DNA of 64,000 nt, from contig OZ037766.1 of the NCBI GenBank assembly GCA_964035545.1, positions 14,870,722 to 14,934,721 of the forward strand, in the 5' to 3' direction. Source of the DNA: Bugula neritina. Its lineage: Eukaryota > Animalia > Bryozoa. The position numbers and the translations under genes are program-made. Positions 15,201 through 28,474 of the stretch are shown in pieces (the first letter of the stretch is position 1; each line of letters begins with the position of its first letter). The notes under the pieces are model-generated. The model made no database searches, had not been told where the DNA came from, and saw only the letters and a list, made by a program, of their open reading frames with translations.

Positions 15201-18200
15201 GAAGTTGGACTCGTTCGTTATGCTTTATAGCAGCAGGGAGATGGATCTATAACTAAATAGAGGGCTAAACACAAATAACTGATTGAAACTAAGAAAATAT
15301 ATTTAGAATACATACCACTGGCTTACTGCTACAAGATTACAAGTTTATTCTCTACGGTTATCAGCATCTCAATAAGACACGATTGTGATGCAACCATCAC
15401 CGGAACAGATGCAAGAGCAGCAAATCAATAGAACTCCAGCTTACAGTGTTTTTGTTTTTCAAAGTTGTAAATTTTAGCAGCTGATAAGTGACTTTTGTTA
15501 TGGCATCACATATTCACTTGGGGGCTGTAGATTATCGCTGGCCTTCTATTTAGACGAAGTTTATCAATTAGAATTCCTAAAAATAGCCTCTAATGGCTGC
15601 AAAGAAAAATAAATACTTTTATATTTGGCAGTCTTAGCGAGCTGTAATTTCATCAATATCTTAGTAAATCTTGAGCTGCTCTAATTAGTGCCATGCTTTC
15701 TTGGTGTAGAATAGAGTGGTGACGTTTGAAAGATTGCTTCATCTGTTGTTGCATACGCCTTTGCAAATTATACTTCTGTGCAGCATGTTGACAAGCTGTG
15801 TTGCAGGTCACAGATGGTGTTATGCATTATTTAACTGTTAATTTGATAGGTTTCCCTGTTTTTAATTTATAATGTTCAGGAGGGACATGGAATTATGTTA
15901 CTTTCAATAAGTTGAAATAACCTGTTAAGGTCAGATTTGCTGCAAACTTTTTTATAACTCAGTTCTAACTTCTAGCTAAAATTGATTCTTTTCTCGTCTA
16001 TTTTAATTCTTTATAAAATAATGGCAAAGGAAACAAATTCATTGGCTAGATAAGTGTTAAACCATGTCTTTAGATTAGAGAAAGAGAAGATGCTGGTGTG
16101 GAGCTCATTCCTTGAAGTAGAGATGTGTTACGGGACTGAGGATTCTCTAGACCACATCAAGAGGAGAGCCCTGCAGCAGATGGACGAACTAAAGGTCTAT
16201 CAGGAGCTGGTCAAACTCTACTCCAAACTACAAAACCTTGAGGTGTGCTTGCCAGCCGTTCAACCATTAACTCAGTAGCTTCTACAATCTAAATAGATAG
16301 TTTTTGAGAGAGATTGCATTATCTCAAATTTCTAAATTGGCTTTCAATGTGCTCTAGCAAACGAATGTGAGCCAAGGCTACGTTATGAGTGAGCTACTGC
16401 GTGCAGACTTTGCTAGCTCCCGTCTCCAGTTTATTTTAGTAACCTGCCATCTATTCTATTTGGGTAAAAAAATTACCAACCTGATATAAGTAATTTGAGA
16501 GTAAAAATATAGCCAATTTTGTTTTTGAATTTTTAAACAGGCAATCAGAAGAAGTTTGGCTGAAAAATCTCATGTTGCCTTGTTAATCTGCTTTATCCTA
16601 AATTCACCAAACTGGCTTATCAAATTTTCCAAGTGCAAATCACAAATATCTACATCTAAATATTTATCCACCTTTTTGCACTCAAATAAATGCATTTGAA
16701 ACTGCACGAGCGCAGGCCCATTAAATCAATGGGGCATGTTACATTTGGTTGTGCTGAAAAGGTTAAAATTAGATTCTAGCAAATCTGGTGGGCACGAAAA
16801 GCATTAATTTCAACATAAATCCTCCAAACAAACGTAGATGAACTGCATGAGCTGTCAAGTATGCTGAATTATGCTTTATCAGAATATGCTTGTGTATGAC
16901 TAGCATCACGTAACACTAAATATTGCCAATACTGTTGCCCATTCACACTCGGGAGTGTCTGTCTACACTCTACATGTTGGACAGTCTTTGCCTGAAGTCT
17001 TTTATCACCTTAATTGATCGTTTGTATTGAATTGCTCAATATAACATCCTGGCTCACTTCCACTGTTTGAGATTGACTAAATTGAATCAATTAACTTGAA
17101 TATTTCCACTGAATTGTGACGTCTATATTGGTGTAGTTTAATCATGACCTTTCATTCAATAATGTAAAGTTACCTATTTCACATATTTGTGGTCAAATTC
17201 GAATTAGTGCTGGAATTAGTAAGATAATTCATAGATTAGTATGAAGCATCAAATCAAATTAGAAAGTATCCTAACACATTATTTAAACTTTGCAAAGCCT
17301 CCTTTTGTGAAACTTTTTTTCAAGCTAGTAGTAATATTTATTGCAATTGGAAACTGCCAAGTAATTGTTTGACCAGTGGCAAGCTTCCTTGGCTCACTCA
17401 CTCGCTACCTTTCAAAGCATCCAGCACAGCTTCAATACGCGGAACTCATTCCAACTATTTATTTTAAAATCTCTCACATATTGTATCAATCAACTAGCCT
17501 ATTAAGCTATTAAAAAATTGGACAACACAAGTCTATTCTAGTATATTCAAGTATTCTATAAATTCTTGCACCTGGAGCTGCTGCTAACTTGCCAACTTAT
17601 CTCCTTTAAAATCTGTTCTAAGTTTAGTCGCTCCAAAAGAAACATTTTTGGCACTATATTCCTACATTATGCATTCTCTCTGATCATCAATGTACACTGG
17701 CAGTTGTAATTCTAGGAAGCCGAGCAATGTTACAGAACTATGCTGAGGAAATGGGCTGACCAACCCGCAGTTTGGTCTGAATATGGGCGTTTCCTGTTTG
17801 CAAACTCCAAGGTGGAGAGTGCCCGTTCACTTTTACAGAGATGTCTGAAAACACTTGCAACCAAGTTTCGTAAGTCTGTTATATTACTCGTAAGAGGTTT
17901 TGAGTGTCTTTCATATTGGGGTTGCTCTATTCATAGTAACATGCAGTGAGCACCATTGCATCATAAGTGCTATATAGGATAACTTAATAACATTGGCATC
18001 AAATGCTCATTTGTGCCATGGACATTGGACAGAACTAAACAATACAACTAAGTTGTGCCATAATTCAGTGTCAAAATTAATATACATGAAGTAAATAATG
18101 GTCAATTGTTTCCAAAAATTGTATAAGGTGTTCAGCCAATTAGCTTCTGGCTGGTGAAGTAGATTGTACTGCCTAAATATTATTCATAGCTATTGCAGCT

Positions 18201-21200
18201 GTAACCTCCTTTCTCTTCCATTCACCTTTTGGTGTCCAGCAGTTCTTTCCCAACATTACAGTTATATAATTCATAATCATTACTATATCAATTAGAATAT
18301 CATTTCCTTCTACTTAATTAATATTATGTTTGTCTTATGTTAATCTCTTCCCACCCTTCATTTACCGGAATATGAAAAACCTATCTATTACTGAGCCAAT
18401 ATGAATAATCACAGCATATGTTATAGGCTTGTCATATAGGTATATAATCTATATGCTCATTTTTCCCTCAATATTAAATGCAGTTTGATATATATTGCAA
18501 TAGCAGTTGATTAACAACTGAATTAAATGAATATATGTTGTAAGAATTTGTAAATTAAATTATAATTTAAAAAGCTTCAATTGCATTTTAACCTAGACTT
18601 GTGGGTTGCTCCCATTTTTTCAGGTTTCTAAGTTTTTAGATCTTAGAAATCTTAAAACCAAGAGTTTTATTTTTCCATTGTATAATTAGGAAATTTAGCT
18701 GCTCAATATTTCATCTGCCAGCTTATATCTAGCTAATAAATTTGTTAATAATTTATATGATTTCTACTCTGATTTTAATAAGTTACATGGTCAGTAAATT
18801 ACTGTTTATTTTGTTTGCTAAACTTGTGGTTATTGCCTGATCAGAAATTTCTTCTCAAATTATACTAAACAAATTATGGTAAACATTTATGGCAGTAATT
18901 TCTGTAGCAATTAGTAATGATGTGAATAGCTTGGCTATGGCCTGCCTTGCATTACCATAGTCAAGTAATTGATCATATTTCGGAATTTATTTTCTAGTTT
19001 TGCAGTATATTAACTATGTTGGACAGTTTTTTTTTGTATTATATTATTATTTTTACCGTCTGATTAAATACTAAAAGTGTTTGTTGTGTGCAGACATTGA
19101 GGTGATAATGAAGTTTGCTCAAATGGAGCTGGCTGGAGGTAATATGGAGAGATTCACAACACTGTTTGAGAATGTTATGAGTAACTTTCCTAAGAGAACT
19201 GACGTCTGGTCTGTGTATATAGATCAGCTTATCAAGTCTGAACACTACGAACATGCCAGGTACGTGTAACCCAGAATCTACCCTCCCCTCCACGTGTGAG
19301 TTGAATGTATCAAATATAAACTATGGAGACAAGAGTCTAGTCTGTAACAAAGTGGTTCATAGCTGTGAGTGTGCATATATAAAGAGTATATTTAGGATAA
19401 TCTCAATGAAACCTTTGGTCTTTGATGGAATAATTTGGCAAGCTATGAATTGTGCAAGACAGAAAAAACCGGTGTCTGGCTGGTGAATAAACTCATCTGC
19501 ATGTTTAAAATTAGATGGTAACATTCTATAATTATCATTAGCTGGTTATAATGAAATGGAAACATCACCTACTATTTATAAAACTCTTGCTTCATAAATT
19601 ACCTGAACACATTCCTTCACACCACCTGTCTCTAGTTGTGGTGGAGAGGGAAAATTTGCAAGTTTAATAAAACCAGTTGCTTTAGATCTTGCATTGTATC
19701 GATTGTTCTAAGTATATAATAGAATTACAATGTCTGTCACACTTGTAGAGCAGTTCACCTCATTCTACCCTTGCCATCATCTATCTTCATGCTGAAATTA
19801 GAAAAAATAAGCACTGTATTATAAAACTGAAATTAAGAACAAATAATTATTTGGTCAATTAATCACCGTAGTTTTTATTTTTAAAAAGATAGAATTTAAA
19901 TGGTTAGTAATAGTAATGGCCTAATATTTGTCGATGGGTGCTTACAATAAGACACAGACATAGTAAAGAATTGTTACTCCAATGTAAATATTCTAAATAT
20001 TATTAATGTCAATATAAAACTATTGTATTTACTCACTAATAACCAAATGAAAGCAATTTCCTGGCAAACAACAGCCAACGTCATGCCTTCTAACTTTTTC
20101 ATGCATTGGCAATAAAGCCATTAAAAATATTGTTTTATTCAACAAAAATAGTAGATAAAGTAATATTAATGTTTAATTAAAGGACAGGCTGTAATTATTG
20201 ATGGGCTTTACTTTGCCACAAACGATGCATAATATAAAGCCAGCTCTCTACAAACATATATGGTATTACTATTAGAATAATATTGTGTTGTGTTAGTGCC
20301 AAACCTGACTTTTTCTATGAAACAACAGAGAGATACATATTCATGTATGCTCTAGTCACTCACTACCTTCTGTGCAGTGGTTGGTTAGATAGATGTGCCA
20401 TTCATTATGTAGTGGAATAATAAATTACAAATAATTTAAAACGTAATCACGTTTACCAAGTAGTAACGGCATAGTCGTTTTATTTCAAAAATGCATTATC
20501 TTTTGATATTGCATTTTGTGCATTGACGGTTTTATTTGGGCTTTCGGTAAAAATTGATCAATTTTAGCATAAAAATTTTGTTTGTAAAATCGATTCTGAT
20601 AAAATGAACAATCTGTAAAACTGAACCTAATTATTCAACACATTCTAGGAGAAGTGTGCGTATAATATATTGATAAATATATTTAAATGAATGTAATGTT
20701 TAATGAATGGTGCATAATGATAGCAAAATCAATTGACATTTGTTTTGATCCAATAATTGGCTTGCACTGCTCAATAGTTATTATGAATTAGCTTGTCATT
20801 AAATTATTGAAATATGTGCTGTTTTGTCCTAATAATAGTAAGCTTCTTCAGTTGCACCAATTTCATTGAATTAAGTCAGTCACTTATAGAATGAGTTTGA
20901 TTTTGTAATTAAGGGACATGTTATTGGAGTTGCTAAGGAGTTTATTGTATTTTACAGCCTAATTAATTGAATAATAATTGATGTGCTTTTAGTCCATTCT
21001 TAATGACTTGACACGGTGAGGTCATCATTATGTAATAATTACACACAATTGCTAGCTGGTAATTGATGCAAGTGTATATTGCATTAGATTATAATCTTGG
21101 CAAGATTGCCTTTGTATTAGTTACAGTTACTGGTTGTCACAACCAACTTTCTGTCATTCCACTTTATATACAGTGCTCCCTCCATATCTTAGGGTTCCAG

Positions 21201-21656
21201 TTCTCACGAAATTCCATAGGTCACAGGAAGGACTCAAACCCCCCTCCCCATTTTGTGGCTTGTGTATTGGGACAAAAAAAGTTGCTGAGTTTTGAATCCG
21301 CTGAATTTACTATGTCATGAATTGAGGTTTCCGGATTCGTGGCGGTGTATCATGAACATTGTTATCATATTATCTTGTTGTAAAATTATATCAAACAGAA
21401 GCCTTGTAATATCAATAATAACTAAAATGTGAAATGTAGTTCTAACCTATTTTTAATCAAAATTCATGCTCAAATCATACTCAATCTAGTAACAAGGTTT
21501 TTTCGTGTTTCTAGAAATATCTTACGGAGAGCAGTGATGCAAAAGTGGAGCAGCAAAAAGATCCAATTCTTTGTTGGAAAGTTTAAAGACTTTGAAACAA
21601 AATATGGTACTGAAGAGAGTTTGGCTGAAGCTACTGCACTCCTGAACACTGTTTAG
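227..21656 (+). CDS. RRP5: rRNA biogenesis protein RRP5 / PDCD11 homologue (S1 repeats plus C-terminal HAT repeats), 5'-partial, multi-exon
   Basis: Phase-consistent GT-AG exons: 227-322, 729-948, 1203-1340, 1579-1718, 2036-2149, 2649-2719, 2823-2945, 3396-3581, 4580-4712, 7659-7863, 8665-8905, 9180-9368, 10542-10633, 11961-12238, 12615-12773, 13114-13164, 13936-14102, 16074-16242, 17716-17869, 19094-19259, 21515-21656 (TAG). S1-like segments (GIFISFCNGIVGL; QLNLKFNGRSGIGRVFVNEIDD...FKEGQSLQVKVIG) precede RRP5-type HAT motifs (SSPSNGSIW...RARAEQALETV, EKEKMLVW, KFAQME...TLFENVMSNFPKRTDVWSVYID, FETKYG). The start lies upstream of the window. Confidence 0.92.
3057..3248 (-). mobile_element. Degenerate copy of tRNA-derived SINE (same family as 55026-55238)
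   Basis: Shares GGCTAAGGACTT, GCACAGGA, CTCTTCCTAACAT and CACTCTAACC blocks in the same order as the 55 kb copy. Confidence 0.65.
9387..9497. repeat. 30-bp minisatellite (about 3.6 units) in an RRP5 intron
   Basis: Unit TACTGTGCTTACTACATGCAATGTAGTGTG at 9391, 9421, 9451, partial at 9481. Confidence 0.95.
11969..12232 (+). repeat. In-frame 132-bp (44-aa) tandem duplication within an RRP5 exon
   Basis: 11969-12100 and 12101-12232 are identical except CCA/CTA (P/L). Confidence 0.95.
14354..14502. repeat. Imperfect (CA)n / CAC microsatellite
   Basis: Visible directly in the sequence. Confidence 0.95.
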
Positions 21657-22395
21657 TCATTAAGACTTGAAATCTTGTCACAATGTTTACACCATTTTTC
21701 GTCTGATTGCTGTGTATAATTACACTATGTAATATAGTTGTAATAATTATATATAATCTTAATAAGTATGTTTTTATGGTTCTTTATTACATTTATTTGC
21801 AAAGTTCATATTTGCAAAATATCCTGAGCACAAATAAAAAAAATAAATTAGTTTATAATATAATACTACATATATAGTGTTTCTGTATATCAAATTGAAG
21901 ATAAATAGTATTGTAGATTTACACAGAAAAGTACAACAATGCAGCTTCCCATTCGGCAGTCAGTACATGTACATATAAATAGAAAATATTGATATACAAT
22001 TACGTGTGTAAGAATATATTAGTTATATAAATCTGCCTAAATAATATATATCTACAAGACTGTTTTTGGACTTTGACTTTAAAACATAAAATTCATGCTT
22101 ACTGCAAGCCCAACACAGGAATATAGGACAATTGTCTGAGATTTTAGAAGAACAATGATTAAAACATAAATTCATCACTGGTATAGATAATCATTAGACT
22201 ACATAAATATCTTAGATATAAAAGTACCGGACACCGAATGGAATAGATCAATAAATAATATTTTGTATCAATATTACTGATTGTCAATATCAAATTGGAT
22301 AGCTGCACCAAGAGATTATGACTGGCTATAAATACTAAGACTGGAGAGATAGTTGACTAAGATACAGCAGTTGAATTCTTTCTGTGTTTGGCTGA

Positions 22396-23871
22396 TTATC
22401 TCCTGGCTGCAGGATCCTCTTTTTCAATAACATATACGAAAACATCTTTACGTTCAACCTGTAGCCCATCATCATTTATTGCTGTACAAGTAAGGGTTCC
22501 ACTCCAGAAGTGAAAGTCATAGTCTAAATTGTGAACTTCTAAATCCCCATTACCATGAATCTATAAATGCAAAAATTACAAATTTAGTACACCTTGTTTT
22601 GCTGGCTCTAAATAATTTAAAATATATTCTCCATATATGTATGTACATGAAATAGTAACACAAATAAATTATAAGATTTTAACCCGTACCTTAATATTTT
22701 CATTTTCTGTAATCTGTCGGATTTCATTTCCTTGGATGTCATTCATTGTCCATCTTATTTTTGGTGCAGCAGATGTGTGACCTTGAGTGGCTCGGCAAAC
22801 AGCGTACAGGGTTGTGCCTTGCACCTGGAATATGCTGCTCGTCCACTGATATATCATTGGAGGCTTTTCACTTGATTTCACAACTGCAATTTTAATAATT
22901 TTATTTAACAACATTATTGGTATATGTACAATGTAGTTTCATAGTTACATAAATTAGACACTCTTGAATAATGTAAAATGCTACTAACCTGGGTCATCTG
23001 CGGCTCTTTCTTTTACTACTACTTCGAAGGTAGAAGTAACTCTTTTAGTCAGAGAGTCAGCTATGCAAGTATATTTTCCAGCATGTTCCAGCTTAGCGTT
23101 CTTGATATACAGGTTTGCTTTTACTGTGGTGCTGTGATGTGAATGCTTTGGAGATATTAGGTTTGTAGCCACTGTGTCTAATGGACCCTGCAGAAGTAAA
23201 ACACACATTTATATATATAGTAGAACGCGTTTCCAGATCCTTTGAATGAAAATAATGCAGTAGTTGGCTCTGTGCCATCAACTTTTGTCATTTATAGCTA
23301 AGATTTGCATCCCTGAACAAGGCTGTTTAAAATCAAAGAAAATTAGTCATTGGACCTTTGCCAACTATGCTAAGTCCTTGTGTACAAGCAACAATTAAAT
23401 TAAGTACAACTTGCAAAATTTTCAGATAGATTGATATTTTACCTGTTCAAAGTATTCATCATTGAAGAGCCAGTGAAACACTGGGGTTCGAGTGCCATTG
23501 GCTTCGCATGGTATGGTTATGGCATCCCCTTCAGTCACAGTTATAATGCTTCCATCAGCTAGAATATCGGATGCGAATTTGGCTACAGCTGCTTTGCTGA
23601 ACCTGAGTTTCTTTTTGAGAGGCTGAAATAGAGGTAGAAGCATTCTAAATTTTCAAATTGTAAAAATGGGGTAATTGGTAATCAAAGCAATTTCACATTA
23701 GTAACTAGTTAAGTATTAGCTTAGTCCCAATTCAGGAACATTTTATCCATGTTGTTACATAAGCAGAAAAACTTGTAGGTAATAAATTAATGTTTCAATA
23801 CTTACTGCTGCTGAAGGGTTCAGTGAAGCGCTGATTAGTACAAATAATACTATTGCTGTGTTTGGTAGCAT
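22396..23871 (-). CDS. Secreted two-Ig-domain protein, IMP-L2 / ZIG-like (about 267 aa)
   Basis: Phase-consistent exons 23871-23806 (signal peptide MLPNTAIVLFVLISASLNPSAA), 23622-23443, 23187-22989, 22883-22690, 22560-22396 (TAA). Ig1: IPCEANGTRTPVFHW...LYIKNAKLEHAGKYTCIA. Ig2: PMIYQW...VCRATQG...PKIRW...GDLEVHNL...LTCTAIN...DVFVY. No TM segment. Size and architecture match the IMP-L2/ZIG family. Confidence 0.8.
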
Positions 23872-26800
23872 GTTGAAGGTTGTACGTCTTAAAGATATCA
23901 CTTTAAAAAGATTTATAATAGTAGTCAAGTGTCAACAAGAGCTCTCTGCAAGTGTTCACTGGAGTTGAGTTGGTAATTATACTGAATTCTTCGGAGAAGG
24001 CAAGCTTTTATAATCATTCCCACCGGAACTAACTGTAGATATTAGCATCACCAGCCAATCAAAACATTTCTTGGCTCCTGTTACATGTTACTTTATTGAT
24101 TGAATGGGCGTGGAAATACACAGCTGATGGGAGATTGCATCATCCCAGGTTGCCCAATCACAGTTTTACTATGATATAGATTATACAAGCCATCATGAAT
24201 ATTAAAACTACAAAGTATAGCTGCAGTAATGATAATTATGTGGAATACTACAAGAGCCATATATTTTAATAAAGTATTTGCAAGATAAATCAAACAGCAG
24301 ATTTTCATAAAAGATTATTATATCTCCTATTTTTATGTAAGTAAACATTAAATTATAACTTTTAAGTACTATTCACTGTGAAAAATTGGATGAAAATTGC
24401 CAGTTCTTGTTTTTGGTGATCACAGACAAAATAGTAGCACATTACTCAACACACACATATTATGGCATCACTTACTGCAGGCCTTTTGTCATGTCTACAA
24501 GCTGTCTGAACTTTGCCAATAGCAACCTTATCTGCTCCCTGTGCATGTTTGAACAGGTTGTACCTGAGGAGCACCTAAGATAAAGAAATGAAACTTTAGA
24601 ACAAAGAAGATTTCTTGTATTCTTTGCTGGAACCTTCTATTATATGAACCATGTAGTTGCAAAAGGCTTTTTTGGCCACTAAGGAGACAATTAAATGCTG
24701 ATGCCATTAAAGAAATTTGGCCCTTAGATTAGATTAAACAAAAGGAAAAGGTAATTTGTTATATTTACTGGCTTGCAATTTGAATGTAATAAGATTTTGT
24801 GGTTAAGAATAGATTACATGACTGTTTGGTTGTACTGAGTTAGACAAGATTGAAATTAATCCCCCTATTGTCAACATTGTTCTGAAGCAGCACAAAATAA
24901 TCAAACACTGCTATAGTAAACTGTTGAAGGAGAGAAGTTCCAATTTCATCCTCATTACTAGGAATTAGATGTATTATTCATTACAATGGGAAGATACAAT
25001 TCACAACTATGGCCATACCACAAATATAGTATTGCAGTGAAATCTATTTTTACTCTAAAAAGTACTAGCAATAATTAAGTAACTGTAGTATTTCTACAGC
25101 TCTTAATAAATATACAAGTCTAAAAATGAAAAGGCAATTCTTCATATGCACTTTCTAATTTAGTCTGATGACAAATTATGTGTTGTTAGAGTTTTTGAAG
25201 TTATCTTGTAAAGTGATCTCACCAGTCTACGTATACACTCTGCGGTGAGTTGGGGTGGTCTGATGGAGAACCTTAAAATAAATGGCAATTTTGTTTTAAT
25301 CTGTTGCTATGTTTCCTTTTAAACACAATCACTACATTCAGTGGAATATATTTCAATATTTTAAGCTTGTTTAACAACATTCAGAAAGATGATTCAACTG
25401 TTAGCAATTCCAACAATGTTTGCCACAATTGCAAATGCGATATTGTACATTTATATCGTGAAAACAGCTCAAGATTTTTCTAATATTTTAAAATAAATTG
25501 ACCAATTGACAAAAAATATCTTAAAATTGAATTGACATCACAAACTTTTTTTACAGAGAAAACACTATAATTCTTATTTTATGCTTTGTTTACAACTACC
25601 AAAGTTGTCAACATGAGCAATATATCCTAACCTTGAAGGTACTCATTTGATCTCTGCTAATATTATTCAGCGGCCCTCATTGCTGAAAACAATCTTATTT
25701 GCATTGAGTAACTTGGTGACCTGACTGTAATGTTTTCAAAGTTCACAGAGTTCAACATGGTAAGCTGAGTTTCCTCAAACAATACATTATTAGTCTTTTT
25801 CAGGGCACGTATACTAAAATTATTGCATAAACATTATGATACTTAGTGATATCATAGAGCTTACAGAGGCAACCATGTAAAGTTTAAGGGTAACAATTTG
25901 TTTTCTTAAAATAATTACATTTGTTTATGTCAGCAAAATACTGAATAATCAGTAACAGACTGTGCATGTATATCATTGATAATACAATTTATTGCTTACA
26001 GCTAATTTAAGCTCAAATTTCAATTTTTATGTGCATGTATGAAACATTAATGCTGATTCTAGCATATTTTGCTTAGTGATTGTATACACATTTCTTCCCA
26101 CAAAGGTGTAAAATATTTGAAAACCTCTATTTACACATCAAAGGATCAAGCATTCTATTTTTAGGCTGTTTTGGCGAGACAATAAATGTTTTATTGGTAT
26201 TTTATGGTTAAAATGTCTAAATTTAGCTCAGGGCTACCTAATTAAAATTCTACCTTTCAGACCTTCAGTGAATCACCGCAGTGAATCATTCTGCTTGTAG
26301 CTGTGACAAAGGTGTTTCCTGTGCGATAATTATGCTCTTGTTTCTATAAGTGACAGTTGAAGAACGTATCAATTAACAAAGTTAATGAGTACTGAAAACA
26401 TATTGTAACACAGAAGCAGCTCAAATTTTGTGGCTTGTTTGTTTTACTACATATCTTTAGGGTTGTATTTTTATTGCACAAGATGCTACAAGTATTCAAT
26501 AGGACTTTGGCAAGACATGTGCCTAAGTTACCCATACGCTTGTTTTTCTCTTTTTAAGTAACACATAATAGCTTACAGACACCTGCTAATATTTAACACC
26601 ATTTTTCTAATTAAAATTTTACATGAATTAGGAACCAATTTTGTTATTGACCAAGCAAGTCAACACTCCCGTCTATAATGTAATAATTAATAGAACTTTC
26701 AGCAAGAAGTGCTAGACAGTTGACCTAAGTTGAAGCTGGCCATTTGAAATAATTGCGTCTAGAATCGAAAATCTATGTGCGAAGTTAAACCAAGAATTGA

Positions 26801-28072
26801 GAAAATAAATATCCCTTAATATATTCCAAGTCTTACAAATAATATTTCTGTAGGAAATGTTTCCAGGGAAGAATTGAAAAACCAGACTGTTTATTGCATT
26901 ATTATGATAACAATTTAAACTTATGACCTTTGCTACAATGAGTTTAATCATCTCACTCCGCCACAGCTGCCAGGGATAATTACTAAAAGATGGTTTAAAG
27001 GTTTGCTAATTTGCACTATGGATTATCCCCACAATACATGTTTTTCAAGTATCTACCCAAATTTATGAATGAAAACATGATTGTAAATTAGAGTTTCTGA
27101 GGTAAATCACAAGTAGGTTGGTTATGTAACAGTCAGAGCTTAATAGTTTTTTAATCTTTTAAGCTGTTCTGTTTGTTTTAAAAAGAGCTTAACATTTATA
27201 GGATTGACCAAATTCTAAATATAATGAGGTTTTAAATAATTGCTTTGAGGTTTTGAAGTGGTGAAAGTGAATAAGTATTTCCAAAATTCAGGGAAAACAA
27301 TCATAGGTGGAAAAAATACTGCTATGAATGGGCTATGGCCTAAGTACTAAAGGAAAGGTCTTGTACGATTTACTAAATTTAAGAAATAGCTAGCTGAATT
27401 ATCTTCTATATCATGATCCTGGTGCTAATCTTTGTTCATGCATTTTAAGAATTTTAATTAACCTTACAGAATTCAGTGCATTGACTCATTATATCTACAT
27501 GAGGGTGGTTGCTAGGGTAGCTAACTTACTTTTATATAGTTCTAGCTGTTTTATTGTCTCTTCTACAATAGTATTTAATTGATCTATGGACTCCATTATT
27601 TACGTACAATGGTTCTTTTTTTTCTTTATTCTGATTTATGTCTAATCTTTGTATGTTCTCTCTTTTTTCTAGCAGCCGGTGATGTAATAAAGCAGTCTGC
27701 ACCCACTTCATACTATTACAGCTTTGCCAGTAATGTCTCTTTTCATGGGTATAATTCTGATTACTTGTCAATTAATGATTAAGCAATTCACCTGAAATGT
27801 TGATGTGAAAATAAAGGCATAAGTTAACAGTCCTCTTCTAATTATATAGCTCATTTATTTATGGGTCATTGGTATTTTGATAAATTAAAATATCTTTTTA
27901 CTCTACGATAATAACATTTAATGGTGCTGTAAATATTATTTATGCACTGCAGGCATTTAAAAAAATTAGCCTTTAAATTTTGAAAATACTTATTACAGAC
28001 ATACGCATAACACAGAGGTTTCATAAATTTTGGTTTAAATTAATTCGTTTTATTTTGAACATTTTCTGACTA

Positions 28073-28474
<402 letters not shown>

